DNA of 64,000 nucleotides from an uncultured Clostridia bacterium (GTDB taxonomy: Bacteria > Bacillota > Clostridia > TANB77 > CAG-508). The DNA is taken from NCBI GenBank assembly GCA_944386195.1, contig CALXAD010000003.1, positions 2,653-66,652 on the forward strand. The letters are read 5' to 3'. Below the pieces are notes generated by a model that worked only from the letters and a program-made list of their open reading frames with translations, searched no databases and was not told the DNA's origin. A program made the translations under genes and the position numbers. How positions within the stretch are numbered: the stretch's first letter is position 1; every line of letters starts with the position of its first letter. This document shows, piece after piece, positions 1 to 9,110 of this stretch.

Positions 1-631
1 GGAAGATTAAAAAAATATGGAAATTATGACTTCTTTCAAAATATACAAGTATTAACTCCTACTAAAAAAGGAAAATTAGGAACAAAAGAATTAAATAAAA
101 TATTACAAGAAAAACTAAATCCTAATATTGATAATTTACCAGAAAAAGCAAGTATGGGAGCTGTCTTTCGTGCTGGAGATAGAGTTATGCAAATAAAAAA
201 CAATTACGATATTTATTGGGAAAGAGAAGGAACAGGAACTAAAGGTGGAATTAATAATAAGGAAATAGGAAGCGGAGTTTTTAATGGAGAAATAGGAACA
301 ATAATAGAAGTAGATGAAAAAGAAAAGCAGGTAGAAATAAAATTTGATGATGAAAAAATAGCGTGGTATGAATTTTCAGACTTAGACCAAATAGAGCATA
401 GTTATGCAATAACAATCCATAAAGCACAACGGAAGCGAATTTGATGTTGTAATAATGGTAGTACCACCATCATCACCAATGCTACTTACAAGAAATTTAT
501 TATATACAGGAATAACAAGAGCAAGAAAATTACTAATTATTATAGGAATGGAAAAAGTAATAAACTTTATGATACAAAATGTAGATAGCAGAAAAAGAAA
601 CACAGGACTAGAATTCAAAATGAGACAATAG
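1..631 (+). pseudogene. RecD2/YrrC-like ATP-dependent DNA helicase, 3' end, interrupted by +1 frameshift near 430 (extra C in ...AITIHKAQ|GSEFDVV...)
   Basis: ORF 154-444 ends ...AITIHKAQRKRI*. Shifting one base restores the conserved helicase C-terminus GSEFDVVIMVVP...LLYTGITRARKLLIIIG, ending at TAG 629-631. Could be a sequencing error rather than a true pseudogene. Confidence 0.6.
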
Positions 632-656
632 GGACGGAGCTTTTTTGTCTCATTTT
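617..656. terminator. Hairpin aaaatgagacaa-[loop]-ttgtctcatttt after the helicase stop; its 3' arm is the left terminal inverted repeat of the transposase element
   Basis: 12-bp stem read directly from sequence, followed by a T-rich run. Confidence 0.5.
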
Positions 657-1684
657 GATGATTTTTATAAATTATTTTAAAAATACTTGATTTAATAAAA
701 AAAGTAAATTATAATAACAAATACAAAATAAAATAATTAAATTCAAAAATAGATAAGTTTTATTAAAAGTTTAATCAGAAAAAAATTTTATAATTCAATA
801 GATATAAAAAATATTTTAAATTTATATCTTATATTTATAATCCAAAATAATCATAAAAAAGAAAATTATATAAAAAGGAGAAAGTGAATTTGACGAGAAA
901 AAGAAGAAAATTATTAAATGGTAAAATATGCCATCATATTGTACAAGGAATAAATAAAGAATATATCTTCAAAGAAGATGAAGATAAAAAGAAATATTTA
1001 GATTTATTAAGAAAATATTATATGGAGTATGAAATAGATATTATATGTTATTGTATTATGGATAATCACGCACATTTAATATTATATTCATCAAACATAG
1101 AAAATATAAGTGATTTTATGAGAAAAGTAAATTCAATATATGCAATGTATTATAATAAAAAATATAATAGAGTAGGGTATGTTTTTAGAAATAGATTTAA
1201 ATCAATATTAATATTAACAAGAAAACAATTATGTATATGGATAAAATATATACATATGAACCCGGTAAAAGCTAATATAGTAAAAAATGAAAATGAATAT
1301 AAATATTCATCTTATAATGATTATTTAAACAAATCAGGATTTTTAAATCAACGAATTTTAAATTTCTTATTTTTAAAACCTCAAAATTATATAGAAAAAT
1401 TCAAATCAATACCATATAAAAATATTTATGATAATAAAATTGTTTTAAAAAATATTTTAGATAAATTTTTAAAACAGGAAAATATTTGTTTAAATCAGTT
1501 AAGAAAAAAAGAAAATTTAGTTGAAAAATTTATATCTTATTTAAATTCAAAGAAATATAATTATTCAAAACAAGAATTAGCTGATATTTTAAAGATTAGC
1601 AGAGCTACACTATATAGAAAAATAAAGAAGGTGAGAGAGAAAAATGACAGAAAATAAAAAAATGAGACAAAAAAGCTCCGTCCC
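631..1684 (+). mobile_element. IS200/IS605- or REPtron-like element: Y1 HUH transposase flanked by a perfect 26-bp inverted repeat (GGGACGGAGCTTTTTTGTCTCATTTT)
   Basis: 631-656 is the exact reverse complement of 1659-1684. The internal ORF has an HxH motif. Confidence 0.6.
884..1657 (+). CDS. Y1 (HUH) transposase, IS200-like / REP-associated tyrosine transposase family, with C-terminal HTH
   Basis: HUH motif CIMDNHAHLIL; conserved N-terminus HHIVQGINKEYIF; C-terminal HTH ELADILKISRATLYRKIKK. Confidence 0.7.
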   Translation: MNLTRKRRKLLNGKICHHIVQGINKEYIFKEDEDKKKYLDLLRKYYMEYEIDIICYCIMDNHAHLILYSSNIENISDFMRKVNSIYAMYYNKKYNRVGYVFRNRFKSILILTRKQLCIWIKYIHMNPVKANIVKNENEYKYSSYNDYLNKSGFLNQRILNFLFLKPQNYIEKFKSIPYKNIYDNKIVLKNILDKFLKQENICLNQLRKKENLVEKFISYLNSKKYNYSKQELADILKISRATLYRKIKKVREKNDRK

Positions 1685-2348
1685 CAAAATTCTCAATCTA
1701 ATTTATCCACCAATGTGTGGTATTTGTGGAAAACTTAATAATAATTTTTTATGCCCTAAGTGCCAAAAAATATTAGAAAATGAAGCTGTTTTTGGTATTG
1801 ATAAATATAAAAAAATGGAAATAGAGAAAAACTTAGAAGAAAGAAAATATTTTGATGAACATTTATATATTTTTGAATATGAGGGAATAATAAGAAGAAT
1901 AATTTTAAAATATAAATTTCAAGACAAGGCGTATTTATATAAGACTTTTGTAAATTTTTTGTTAAAAAATGAAAACTTCTTTGAATTTATAAAAAAATAT
2001 GATACAATAATCCCAGTTCCAATTAGTAGAAAAAGAAGAGCTTTGAGAGGATATAATCAAAGTGAATTAATAGTAAAAGAAATAGCAAATTTTACTAACT
2101 TAAAAAACGAATCAAATTGTCTTTTTAAAATAAGAGATGTTATAGAACAAAGTAAATTAAATAAAGAAGAAAGACAAAAAAATATACAAGGAGTATATGA
2201 ATTAAAAAATAAAGAGAATTTATATAAAAATAAAATTTTATTAGTAGATGATATATATACAACAGGAAGTACAGTAAATGAATGTTCTAAAATATTAAGA
2301 AGGGCAAAACCTAAAAGAATAGGAATATTTACTATAGCAAAAGACTAA
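1644..2348 (+). CDS. comFC: ComF family protein (ComFC): double zinc ribbon plus phosphoribosyltransferase domain. The N-terminus overlaps the right repeat of the transposase element, so the start is uncertain.
   Basis: LIYPPMCGICG...CPKCQ zinc ribbon and C-terminal LLVDDIYTTGST PRTase motif. Confidence 0.7.
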   Translation: MTENKKMRQKSSVPKILNLIYPPMCGICGKLNNNFLCPKCQKILENEAVFGIDKYKKMEIEKNLEERKYFDEHLYIFEYEGIIRRIILKYKFQDKAYLYKTFVNFLLKNENFFEFIKKYDTIIPVPISRKRRALRGYNQSELIVKEIANFTNLKNESNCLFKIRDVIEQSKLNKEERQKNIQGVYELKNKENLYKNKILLVDDIYTTGSTVNECSKILRRAKPKRIGIFTIAKD

Positions 2349-2390
2349 TAAACAAAAAATAATTATAAATACCAAGGAGGAATAACAAGA

Positions 2391-4346
2391 ATGGAGGACT
2401 TAGTTGAAAGTATTTTAGATTATATAAGGTCAGATTATACAGATTATGCAATAATGATAAATGGTGAATGGGGTTCTGGAAAAACTCATTTCTGGAATAA
2501 TAAAATAAGAAAAAAGATTGAATCTATGCAATTAAACGGAAGAAGATATACGACCATATATATGTCATTATATGGTATATCTAATTTGGAAGAAATAAGT
2601 AAAAAGATATTTATTGAAACAACTCAATTAATGGATAAGAACTTAAGAAGATTTATGGAAGCAAATGGGCAAACTGCAATACCAGAATATGCAAAAACTG
2701 GAATTGATATGGCAAATTTCTTTGGAGTAACTCAAAATGAAAATAGAATAGATTATAGTGAATTTTTCTCAACTGATGATAAGGTACTTTGTTTTGATGA
2801 CTTAGAAAGAGCAAATGTTGATGTTATTGATATTTTAGGATATATAAATAATTTTGTTGAACATGACCATATAAAAACAATAATTATATGTAATGAAAAA
2901 GAATTATCTACAAAATTAAAAAGTTCTAATTTAGAGATGAAAACATTTATAGCAACTTATCTTTTAGACAAACAAGATGAATTAAATAAAGCAGATAAGC
3001 CAATAGTAGAAAAGATACAAGACAAAATAGAGCATGTATTTGATAAGGCAAATGATTATGAAAGAATAAAAGAAAAATTAATAGGAGAAACATTTGAATA
3101 TGCTCCTAAGTTTGATTATATTATAAATGGAATATTAATGCGTTATGAAAATAATCCTGATTTAATACGTTTCTTAAGAGAAAATACAGGATTAATAATA
3201 TCAACATTCAATAAGTCAGGAACAAGAAATTTAAGAATATTAAAACATGCATTAAATGATTTTAAGAAAATTTATGAAATGGTAAATAAATCATATCCAA
3301 ATACGAATAATAGAGTAATGCAAACAATGCTTATATTTACAATAGCAATATCTTTTGAAATAAAAGCAGGAAAAGTAACAAAAGATAAATTTGTAAATAT
3401 AAAAGATAATGAAGAATATAAATCAATATTAGTATCATCAAGAATACTTATGGATAATAGGCAATTTTATATCAAAGAATTTGATAATAATTATTATTAT
3501 AATTTTAAATCAGAATACAGATTCTTTAAATTTATAGAATATTATGTAAGAACACGTATATTTGATATGAAGTTATTCAAAGAGAATATGGAAACAATAA
3601 GAAATACTGTAGACACAGAAAATTTACCAGCATATAAGAGATTACTTACAGAAGAATATTGGAAAATTTCAGACGACCAATTTGCTAATGTTATAAAGGA
3701 AATAATAGATGATGTAAAAGAAGGAAAATTAAGCTTAATAGATATTGTAAAATTATTTGCTTATTTTAGTTATTTCTCAAGAAAGGGCTTAATAGAGTAT
3801 GATTTAAAAACATTAAAAAGTATATTTTTTAATGGAATGAATATAGCTTCACTAAATTCTAAATATTGTGATAATGTAGATGAGGAATTAGGAAAAATAG
3901 CAATTGAAGAAGTTGCAGAAGATATGGAAGATATATTAAAACATTTCAATATGTTAAATGAACAATTACATGATAAAATGTTTAAAGAAAAAGCACAAGA
4001 AATAATGAAATGTGTACCTATGAAAATGGAACAATTCTATGAAAAATTTGATAAAGAATGTATGGATATACCAATATTTAAATATTATGATCCATTTCAA
4101 TTGTTCCAGAGAATATCATGTGCAAGTAATGAAGATATAGTATTAATAAAAGAAAAATTGCTAGATAGAGCAGATAGATATACTAAGAAAATAGAACCAG
4201 AAATGAAAAATATAAAACAATTAAAACAAATAATAGATGATTATTTAAAAGGAAAAGACCCATCTATAAAAATTGTTATGTTAAAGGAATTTTCTGAAAG
4301 TCTAGGAATTATACTAGGAAAATATAAAACAAGTTTCCTACCATAA
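2391..4346 (+). CDS. KAP-family P-loop NTPase
   Basis: Walker A INGEWGSGKTHF near the N-terminus, long alpha-rich C-terminus, 651 aa. RBS AAGGAGG upstream. Confidence 0.6.
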   Translation: MEDLVESILDYIRSDYTDYAIMINGEWGSGKTHFWNNKIRKKIESMQLNGRRYTTIYMSLYGISNLEEISKKIFIETTQLMDKNLRRFMEANGQTAIPEYAKTGIDMANFFGVTQNENRIDYSEFFSTDDKVLCFDDLERANVDVIDILGYINNFVEHDHIKTIIICNEKELSTKLKSSNLEMKTFIATYLLDKQDELNKADKPIVEKIQDKIEHVFDKANDYERIKEKLIGETFEYAPKFDYIINGILMRYENNPDLIRFLRENTGLIISTFNKSGTRNLRILKHALNDFKKIYEMVNKSYPNTNNRVMQTMLIFTIAISFEIKAGKVTKDKFVNIKDNEEYKSILVSSRILMDNRQFYIKEFDNNYYYNFKSEYRFFKFIEYYVRTRIFDMKLFKENMETIRNTVDTENLPAYKRLLTEEYWKISDDQFANVIKEIIDDVKEGKLSLIDIVKLFAYFSYFSRKGLIEYDLKTLKSIFFNGMNIASLNSKYCDNVDEELGKIAIEEVAEDMEDILKHFNMLNEQLHDKMFKEKAQEIMKCVPMKMEQFYEKFDKECMDIPIFKYYDPFQLFQRISCASNEDIVLIKEKLLDRADRYTKKIEPEMKNIKQLKQIIDDYLKGKDPSIKIVMLKEFSESLGIILGKYKTSFLP

Positions 4347-4348
4347 TG

Positions 4349-4401
4349 CCAATTACCAATTGGGGACGTTTCTTTTTGGACATTTTGTCCATTTGGGGAC
4401 A
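4349..4401. repeat. REP-like palindromic element (ccaattaccaattgg + GGGGACGTTTCTTTTTGGACATTTTGTCCATTTGGGGACA)
   Basis: Near-identical copy in inverted orientation at 8575-8615 (1 indel); shares the GGGACG core with 631-656 and 11913-11932. Confidence 0.6.
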
Positions 4402-4518
4402 TATCTTAAGACCTATTAATTTAGGTCTTTTTTATTTTAAAAAAATGAATAATTTTTTCCTTTTTTGTAATAATAAGATTATAAAACAAAAAATGCTTAT
4501 GTTAAGAGGAGGATAATT

Positions 4519-5073
4519 ATGAAAGCAACTGGAGTTGTAAGAAGAATAGATGATTTAGGAAGAGTGGTAATTCCAAAAGAAATAAGAAAAACGCTTAGAA
4601 TTAAAGAAGGTGAGCCTTTAGAAATATTTACAGATAGAGAAGGTCAAATTATCCTAAAGAAATATTCTCCAATTGGTGAGCTTTCTGAATTTGCAGCTGG
4701 TTATGCTGAAACTTTATCAAAAACAACAGGACATATTGCATGTATAACAGATAAAGATACAGTTATAGCGGTATCAGGGGGTTCTAAAAAAGAGTTCTTA
4801 GAACAAGATGTAAGTCGAGAATTGGAACAATTAATGGAAGATAAAGAGGTTTATGTAAGCAGAGATAACAGTGATATTGCAATGCCTATTACAAAAAATG
4901 AAAATCCAGATAGAAAAAATAATGCACAAGTTGTATATCCAATAATCTCTAATGGAGATACAATTGGAACTGTAATTCTTATGTCAAAAGAGGCTAATCA
5001 AAAAATGAATGAAGTAGAACAAAAAGTTGCACAATCAGCCGCAACATTTTTAGGAACTCAAATGGATATATAA
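4519..5073 (+). CDS. spoVT: Stage V sporulation protein T (AbrB-type N-terminal domain plus GAF)
   Basis: MKATGVVRRIDDLGRVVIPKEIRKTLRIKEGEPLEIF AbrB swapped-hairpin motif; 184 aa; RBS GGAGG. Confidence 0.85.
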   Translation: MKATGVVRRIDDLGRVVIPKEIRKTLRIKEGEPLEIFTDREGQIILKKYSPIGELSEFAAGYAETLSKTTGHIACITDKDTVIAVSGGSKKEFLEQDVSRELEQLMEDKEVYVSRDNSDIAMPITKNENPDRKNNAQVVYPIISNGDTIGTVILMSKEANQKMNEVEQKVAQSAATFLGTQMDI

Positions 5074-5118
5074 AAAATAAAAACAAGTAATAATTTTATA
5101 AATTATTGACTTGTTTTT

Positions 5119-5337
5119 TTACATATTTTTATTATTTGTAAGTCCAACTATATAATCAATTGATGTGTTATAAAATTTTGCTAAAGTAATTAAATGTGAA
5201 ATAGGAATAGTACGATTTCCTTTTTCATATTCTGAATAATATTGTTGAGAAATTCCAAGTATTTTAGCTATATCTTTTTGAAGTAAATCGTTATCTTCTC
5301 GTAAATCTTTTAATCTCTTAAATTTCAATATAATCAC
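5119..5337 (-). CDS. XRE-family HTH transcriptional regulator
   Basis: LQKDIAKILGISQQYYSEYEKG HTH motif, 72 aa. Confidence 0.75.
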   Translation of the reverse strand: MIILKFKRLKDLREDNDLLQKDIAKILGISQQYYSEYEKGNRTIPISHLITLAKFYNTSIDYIVGLTNNKNM

Positions 5338-5531
5338 CTTGTAAATTTTGTAAATTATAATATGATTTTAACAAAAAAATAGAATAATAAAACCTACTAC
5401 ATAATAAATTATGTAAATATTACAAAATTATTACATTTTAATTAAAATTAAATATTTTGTTGAAAAATTCTAAAAGATATTATATATTGTTTATACATAA
5501 AATATTATGTATAAACAAAGGAGAATTTTTT

Positions 5532-6671
5532 ATGAAAAAAAACACAAAAGGAATAACTTTAATAGCACTAGTTATTACAATAATTGTATTATTAATACTT
5601 GCAGGAGTAAGTATTGCAATGCTGACAGGTGATAATGGAATATTAACGCAAGCACAAAATGCAAAAAATAAGACTGAGAGAGGAAAAGTTAATGAAAAAA
5701 ATACATTAGAAAGTTATGAACAAATGATAAATGCAAGTACAGGAGTAACTTTAGGCGCAATAACAGGGGATGAAAAAAACAATACAATAACACAAGATAG
5801 TTTGGGAAATAGAGTAGTAGTACCAGCAGGATTTAAGGTGGTAAATCCAAATGAGAATGTAGAAGACGGAATAATAATAGAGGATGTAAGTCATGGAGAT
5901 ACAGTAGGAAGTCAATTTGTCTGGATACCAGTAGGAACAGGACTAAAAAAGAAGGATGGTACAAAATTTGATATAAAATTAAGTAGATATGTATTTGATG
6001 CTTCAGGAATTCCATCAGATAGAGGTTCAAATATTTTAGGAGATTTATGGCAAGAATTAAATATTGGAAAAAAGAATTCAACAGCAAAAGAGAATATTGA
6101 AAGTGAAAATGAAGGATTTAGAGGAAGTACAATAGCCAATGGAGGATATTATATTGGAAGATATGAAGCAAGAGATGGAGAAACAGATACAGAAAGAACA
6201 GATTTGACAGAAGATACAAACCAAATAACTTTAGCTTCTAATAATTATATTTATAATTATGTAACACAGCCACAAGCGGCAAGTTTAAGCCAAGAAATGT
6301 ATAATGATGATAATTTTGAAAGTGATTTAATGAATAGTTATGCATGGGATACAGCTGTATATTTTTTACAGAAATGTGATGATAGAAAAGATAAATCTAT
6401 ACCATATTCAAAACAAACAGGAGTAATTCCTACTTTTGCACCACAAGGGACGAATAATTTAAATACTAAAGATATAATATGTAATATATATGATATGGCA
6501 AGTAATTGCATTGAATTTACAACAGAAACAGCTGATAACGAAAATGGAATTGTTATGCGAGGGGGAGGATTTAATAGTAAAAGTAATCAAATCACGGCAG
6601 CTCGTATTGGAACTCCTCATGGAGATGATATTGTAATTTCCTTTCGACCAGTCTTATACTTAAATTATTAA
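5532..6671 (+). CDS. Membrane-anchored (pilin-like N-terminal TM) protein with C-terminal FGE-sulfatase / C-type-lectin-like fold
   Basis: N-terminus MKKNTKGITLIALVITIIVLLILAGVSIAM; C-terminus MRGGGFNSKSNQITAARIGTPHGDDIVISFRPV resembles the FGE/CLec C-terminal motif (RGG.F...R...P...GFR). RBS AAGGAG at 5517. Confidence 0.5.
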   Translation: MKKNTKGITLIALVITIIVLLILAGVSIAMLTGDNGILTQAQNAKNKTERGKVNEKNTLESYEQMINASTGVTLGAITGDEKNNTITQDSLGNRVVVPAGFKVVNPNENVEDGIIIEDVSHGDTVGSQFVWIPVGTGLKKKDGTKFDIKLSRYVFDASGIPSDRGSNILGDLWQELNIGKKNSTAKENIESENEGFRGSTIANGGYYIGRYEARDGETDTERTDLTEDTNQITLASNNYIYNYVTQPQAASLSQEMYNDDNFESDLMNSYAWDTAVYFLQKCDDRKDKSIPYSKQTGVIPTFAPQGTNNLNTKDIICNIYDMASNCIEFTTETADNENGIVMRGGGFNSKSNQITAARIGTPHGDDIVISFRPVLYLNY

Positions 6672-6821
6672 AATTTAATAAGTAATGAGTTTGGATATAT
6701 AGTTTTAAACATACATAAAAATCAAGGAAGAATTAATATCATTTTTTCCTTGATTTTTTGCTTGTTTTAGAGTATAATTTTTATGTTAAAGATAAAAAGG
6801 AAAAGTGAGAGGAAGATAAAA

Positions 6822-8570
6822 ATGAAAGCAATAGAAATAAGAAAAAAATATTTAGACTATTTTAAAAGACATGGACATGCAGTAATTCCATCAGCACCAT
6901 TAATACCAGAAAATGACCCATCAGTATTATTTACAACAGCAGGAATGCAACCATTAGTACCATATTTATTAGGGGAAAAACATCCAGAAGGAAAAAGACT
7001 AACAGATTATCAAAAATGTTTAAGAACAAATGATATTGATGAAGTTGGAGATAATCGTCATTTGACATATTTTGAAATGCTTGGAAACTGGTCGCTTGGA
7101 GATTATTTTAAAGATGAATCAATAGCAATGAGTTTTGAATTCTTAACAAAAGAATTAGGAATTCCAGTAGAAAAATTATCAGTAACATGTTTTGCAGGAG
7201 ATAAAGATTGTCCAAGAGACGAAGTAGCAGCAAACGCATGGAAAAAAGCAGGAATACCAGAAGACCATATTTATTATTATGGAAAAGAGGATAACTGGTG
7301 GATAGCAGGAGAAGAAGGACCATGTGGACCAGATACAGAAATGTTTTATGATACTGGAAAACCAGCATGTGGACCAGATTGTCAACCAAGTTGCGATTGT
7401 GGAAAATATGTAGAAATTTGGAACAATGTATTTATGGAATATTTCAAAGATGAAAATGGATATAGAAAATTAGAACAAAAAAATGTTGATACAGGACTTG
7501 GACTAGAAAGAATGACAATGTTATTACAAGGAAAAGAAACACCATTTGATACAGAATTATTTAGTCCAGTAATGGAAAAATTAAAAGAATTAGCAAAAGT
7601 AGAAAATATAGAAAGTAGAAGAATAATAGCAGAACACTTGCGTTCAAGTATGATGGTAATCGCAGATGGAGGAAGACCAAGTAACTTAGACAGAGGATAT
7701 GTATTAAGAAGATTAATTAGGAGAATGATTCGCCATATGAATAAATTACAAATAGATTTAAATGAATTAAAAACATTAATAGATATCTATGTAGAAAACT
7801 TAGGCGAAATGTATCCAGAATTAGTAAAAAATAAAGAAACAATAGAAAATGTAATAGAAGAGGAAAAAGACAAATTTGTAAAAACACTTGCACATGGAGA
7901 AAGAGAATTTCAAAAAGTGATATCAAAATTAGGTGATAATAAAATATTACCAGGAGAAGTAGTCTTTAAATTATATGATACATACGGATTTCCACCAGAA
8001 GTAACAAAAGAATTGGCTGAAGAAAATGGATATGAAATAGATATGAAAGCTTTTGATGAATTATTTAAAAAACATCAAGAAAAATCAAGAGCGGGTTCTG
8101 AACAAAAATTTAAAGGAGGTTTAGCCGAAACAACTGAAGAAACAATAGCATATCACACAGCAACACATTTATTGAATGCAGCTATAAAACAAGTAATTGG
8201 TAAAGATGCACATCAAAGAGGTTCAAATATAACAGTAGATAGAATGAGATTTGATTTTAACTGCGACCATAAATTAACAGATGAAGAAAAACAAAAAATA
8301 GAAGATTTAGTTAATAAATGGATAGATGAAGGACTACCTGTAACGAAACAAGAAATGAAAAAAGAAGATGCTATAAAATCAGGAGCAGAGTGTATGTTCA
8401 TTGATAAATATCCGGATATTGTAACAGTGTATACAATAGGAGATGTATCAAAAGAATTATGTGGAGGACCTCATGTTAAAAATACAAAGGAATTAGGTAG
8501 ATTTAAAATAAAGAAAGAAGAATCAAGTTCATCAGGAGTAAGAAGAATAAAAGCAGTATTAATAAAATAA
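6822..8570 (+). CDS. alaS: Alanine--tRNA ligase, atypically short form (aminoacylation plus tRNA-recognition plus editing domains; no beta-barrel and no C-Ala domain)
   Basis: N-terminus KAIEIRKKYLDYFKRHGHAVIPSAPLIPENDPSVLFTTAGMQP; FEMLGNWSLGDYFK; GPCGPD...IWNNVFMEY; GYVLRRLIRRMIRH; editing motifs HTATHLL and CGGPHV; protein ends right after VRRIKAV. Confidence 0.7.
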   Translation: MKAIEIRKKYLDYFKRHGHAVIPSAPLIPENDPSVLFTTAGMQPLVPYLLGEKHPEGKRLTDYQKCLRTNDIDEVGDNRHLTYFEMLGNWSLGDYFKDESIAMSFEFLTKELGIPVEKLSVTCFAGDKDCPRDEVAANAWKKAGIPEDHIYYYGKEDNWWIAGEEGPCGPDTEMFYDTGKPACGPDCQPSCDCGKYVEIWNNVFMEYFKDENGYRKLEQKNVDTGLGLERMTMLLQGKETPFDTELFSPVMEKLKELAKVENIESRRIIAEHLRSSMMVIADGGRPSNLDRGYVLRRLIRRMIRHMNKLQIDLNELKTLIDIYVENLGEMYPELVKNKETIENVIEEEKDKFVKTLAHGEREFQKVISKLGDNKILPGEVVFKLYDTYGFPPEVTKELAEENGYEIDMKAFDELFKKHQEKSRAGSEQKFKGGLAETTEETIAYHTATHLLNAAIKQVIGKDAHQRGSNITVDRMRFDFNCDHKLTDEEKQKIEDLVNKWIDEGLPVTKQEMKKEDAIKSGAECMFIDKYPDIVTVYTIGDVSKELCGGPHVKNTKELGRFKIKKEESSSSGVRRIKAVLIK

Positions 8571-8574
8571 GAAC

Positions 8575-8615
8575 TGTCCCCAAATGGACAAAATGTCCCA
8601 AAAAGAAACGTCCCC
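8575..8615. repeat. REP-like palindromic element, inverted copy of 4362-4401
   Basis: TGTCCCCAAATGGACAAAATGTCCCAAAAAGAAACGTCCCC is the reverse complement of the 4362-4401 copy with one extra base. Confidence 0.6.
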
Positions 8616-8638
8616 AATAGGACAAAGGAGGTATTGTT

Positions 8639-8983
8639 ATGGAAGATTGTTTATTTTGTAAGATTATAAAAGGAGAAATACCAAGTAAAAAGGTGTATGA
8701 AGATGATGAAATTTATGCATTTGAAGATATTAATCCAGTAGCACCTATACATATATTATTTGTACCTAAAAAACACATAGAGTCTATTGCTAAAATAGAA
8801 AAAGAAGATGAAAATTTAATAGGAAAAATTTATAGTGCTATAAATAAAATAGCAGAAGAAAAAAGTGTTAAAGATAAAGGATATAGAGTAGTTACTAATT
8901 GTGGAAAAGATGCAGGACAAACAGTAAAACATTTACATTTTCATTTATTAGCAGGAACAAACATGGGAGAAAAGCTACTATAA
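8639..8983 (+). CDS. HIT-family (histidine triad) protein
   Basis: HLHFHLL histidine triad, 114 aa. Confidence 0.85.
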   Translation: MEDCLFCKIIKGEIPSKKVYEDDEIYAFEDINPVAPIHILFVPKKHIESIAKIEKEDENLIGKIYSAINKIAEEKSVKDKGYRVVTNCGKDAGQTVKHLHFHLLAGTNMGEKLL

Positions 8984-9110
8984 ATAGGAAAAAAGATAGA
9001 AACTTGTGCTATTTTGTTAATTTTTATAAAAAACAAGTGATTCTATCTTTATTTTTTTTTGAATATATGTTATAATATAGATAGTAGAAAAATGTACGGA
9101 GGTAAAAATT

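Noticed and set aside
660-883. AT-rich 220-bp region upstream of the transposase as a distinct feature
   Set aside because: Pure AT-rich spacer with many possible -10-like hexamers. No specific, defensible promoter assignment.
5833-6139. Antisense ORFs (84 and 75 aa) inside the FGE-like gene; similar antisense ORFs at 382-618, 7108-7389, 7717-7926, 8213-8401, 12724-12924, 16868-17116, 19242-19662, 20027-20788, 22531-22851, 23725-23985, 40929-41207, 41487-42015, 45388-45979, 46031-46294, 47924-48679, 49313-49600, 51365-52447, 54410-54851, 55424-55938, 57292-57477, 57967-58170, 60869-61108, 62366-62575
   Set aside because: Low-complexity, Leu/Phe/Ile-rich translations of the opposite strand of well-supported genes in an AT-rich genome; no RBS; typical shadow ORFs.
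5532-6671. Second DGR variable protein targeted by the same TR
   Set aside because: The 3' end of this gene shows no nucleotide similarity to the TR at 55284-55394.
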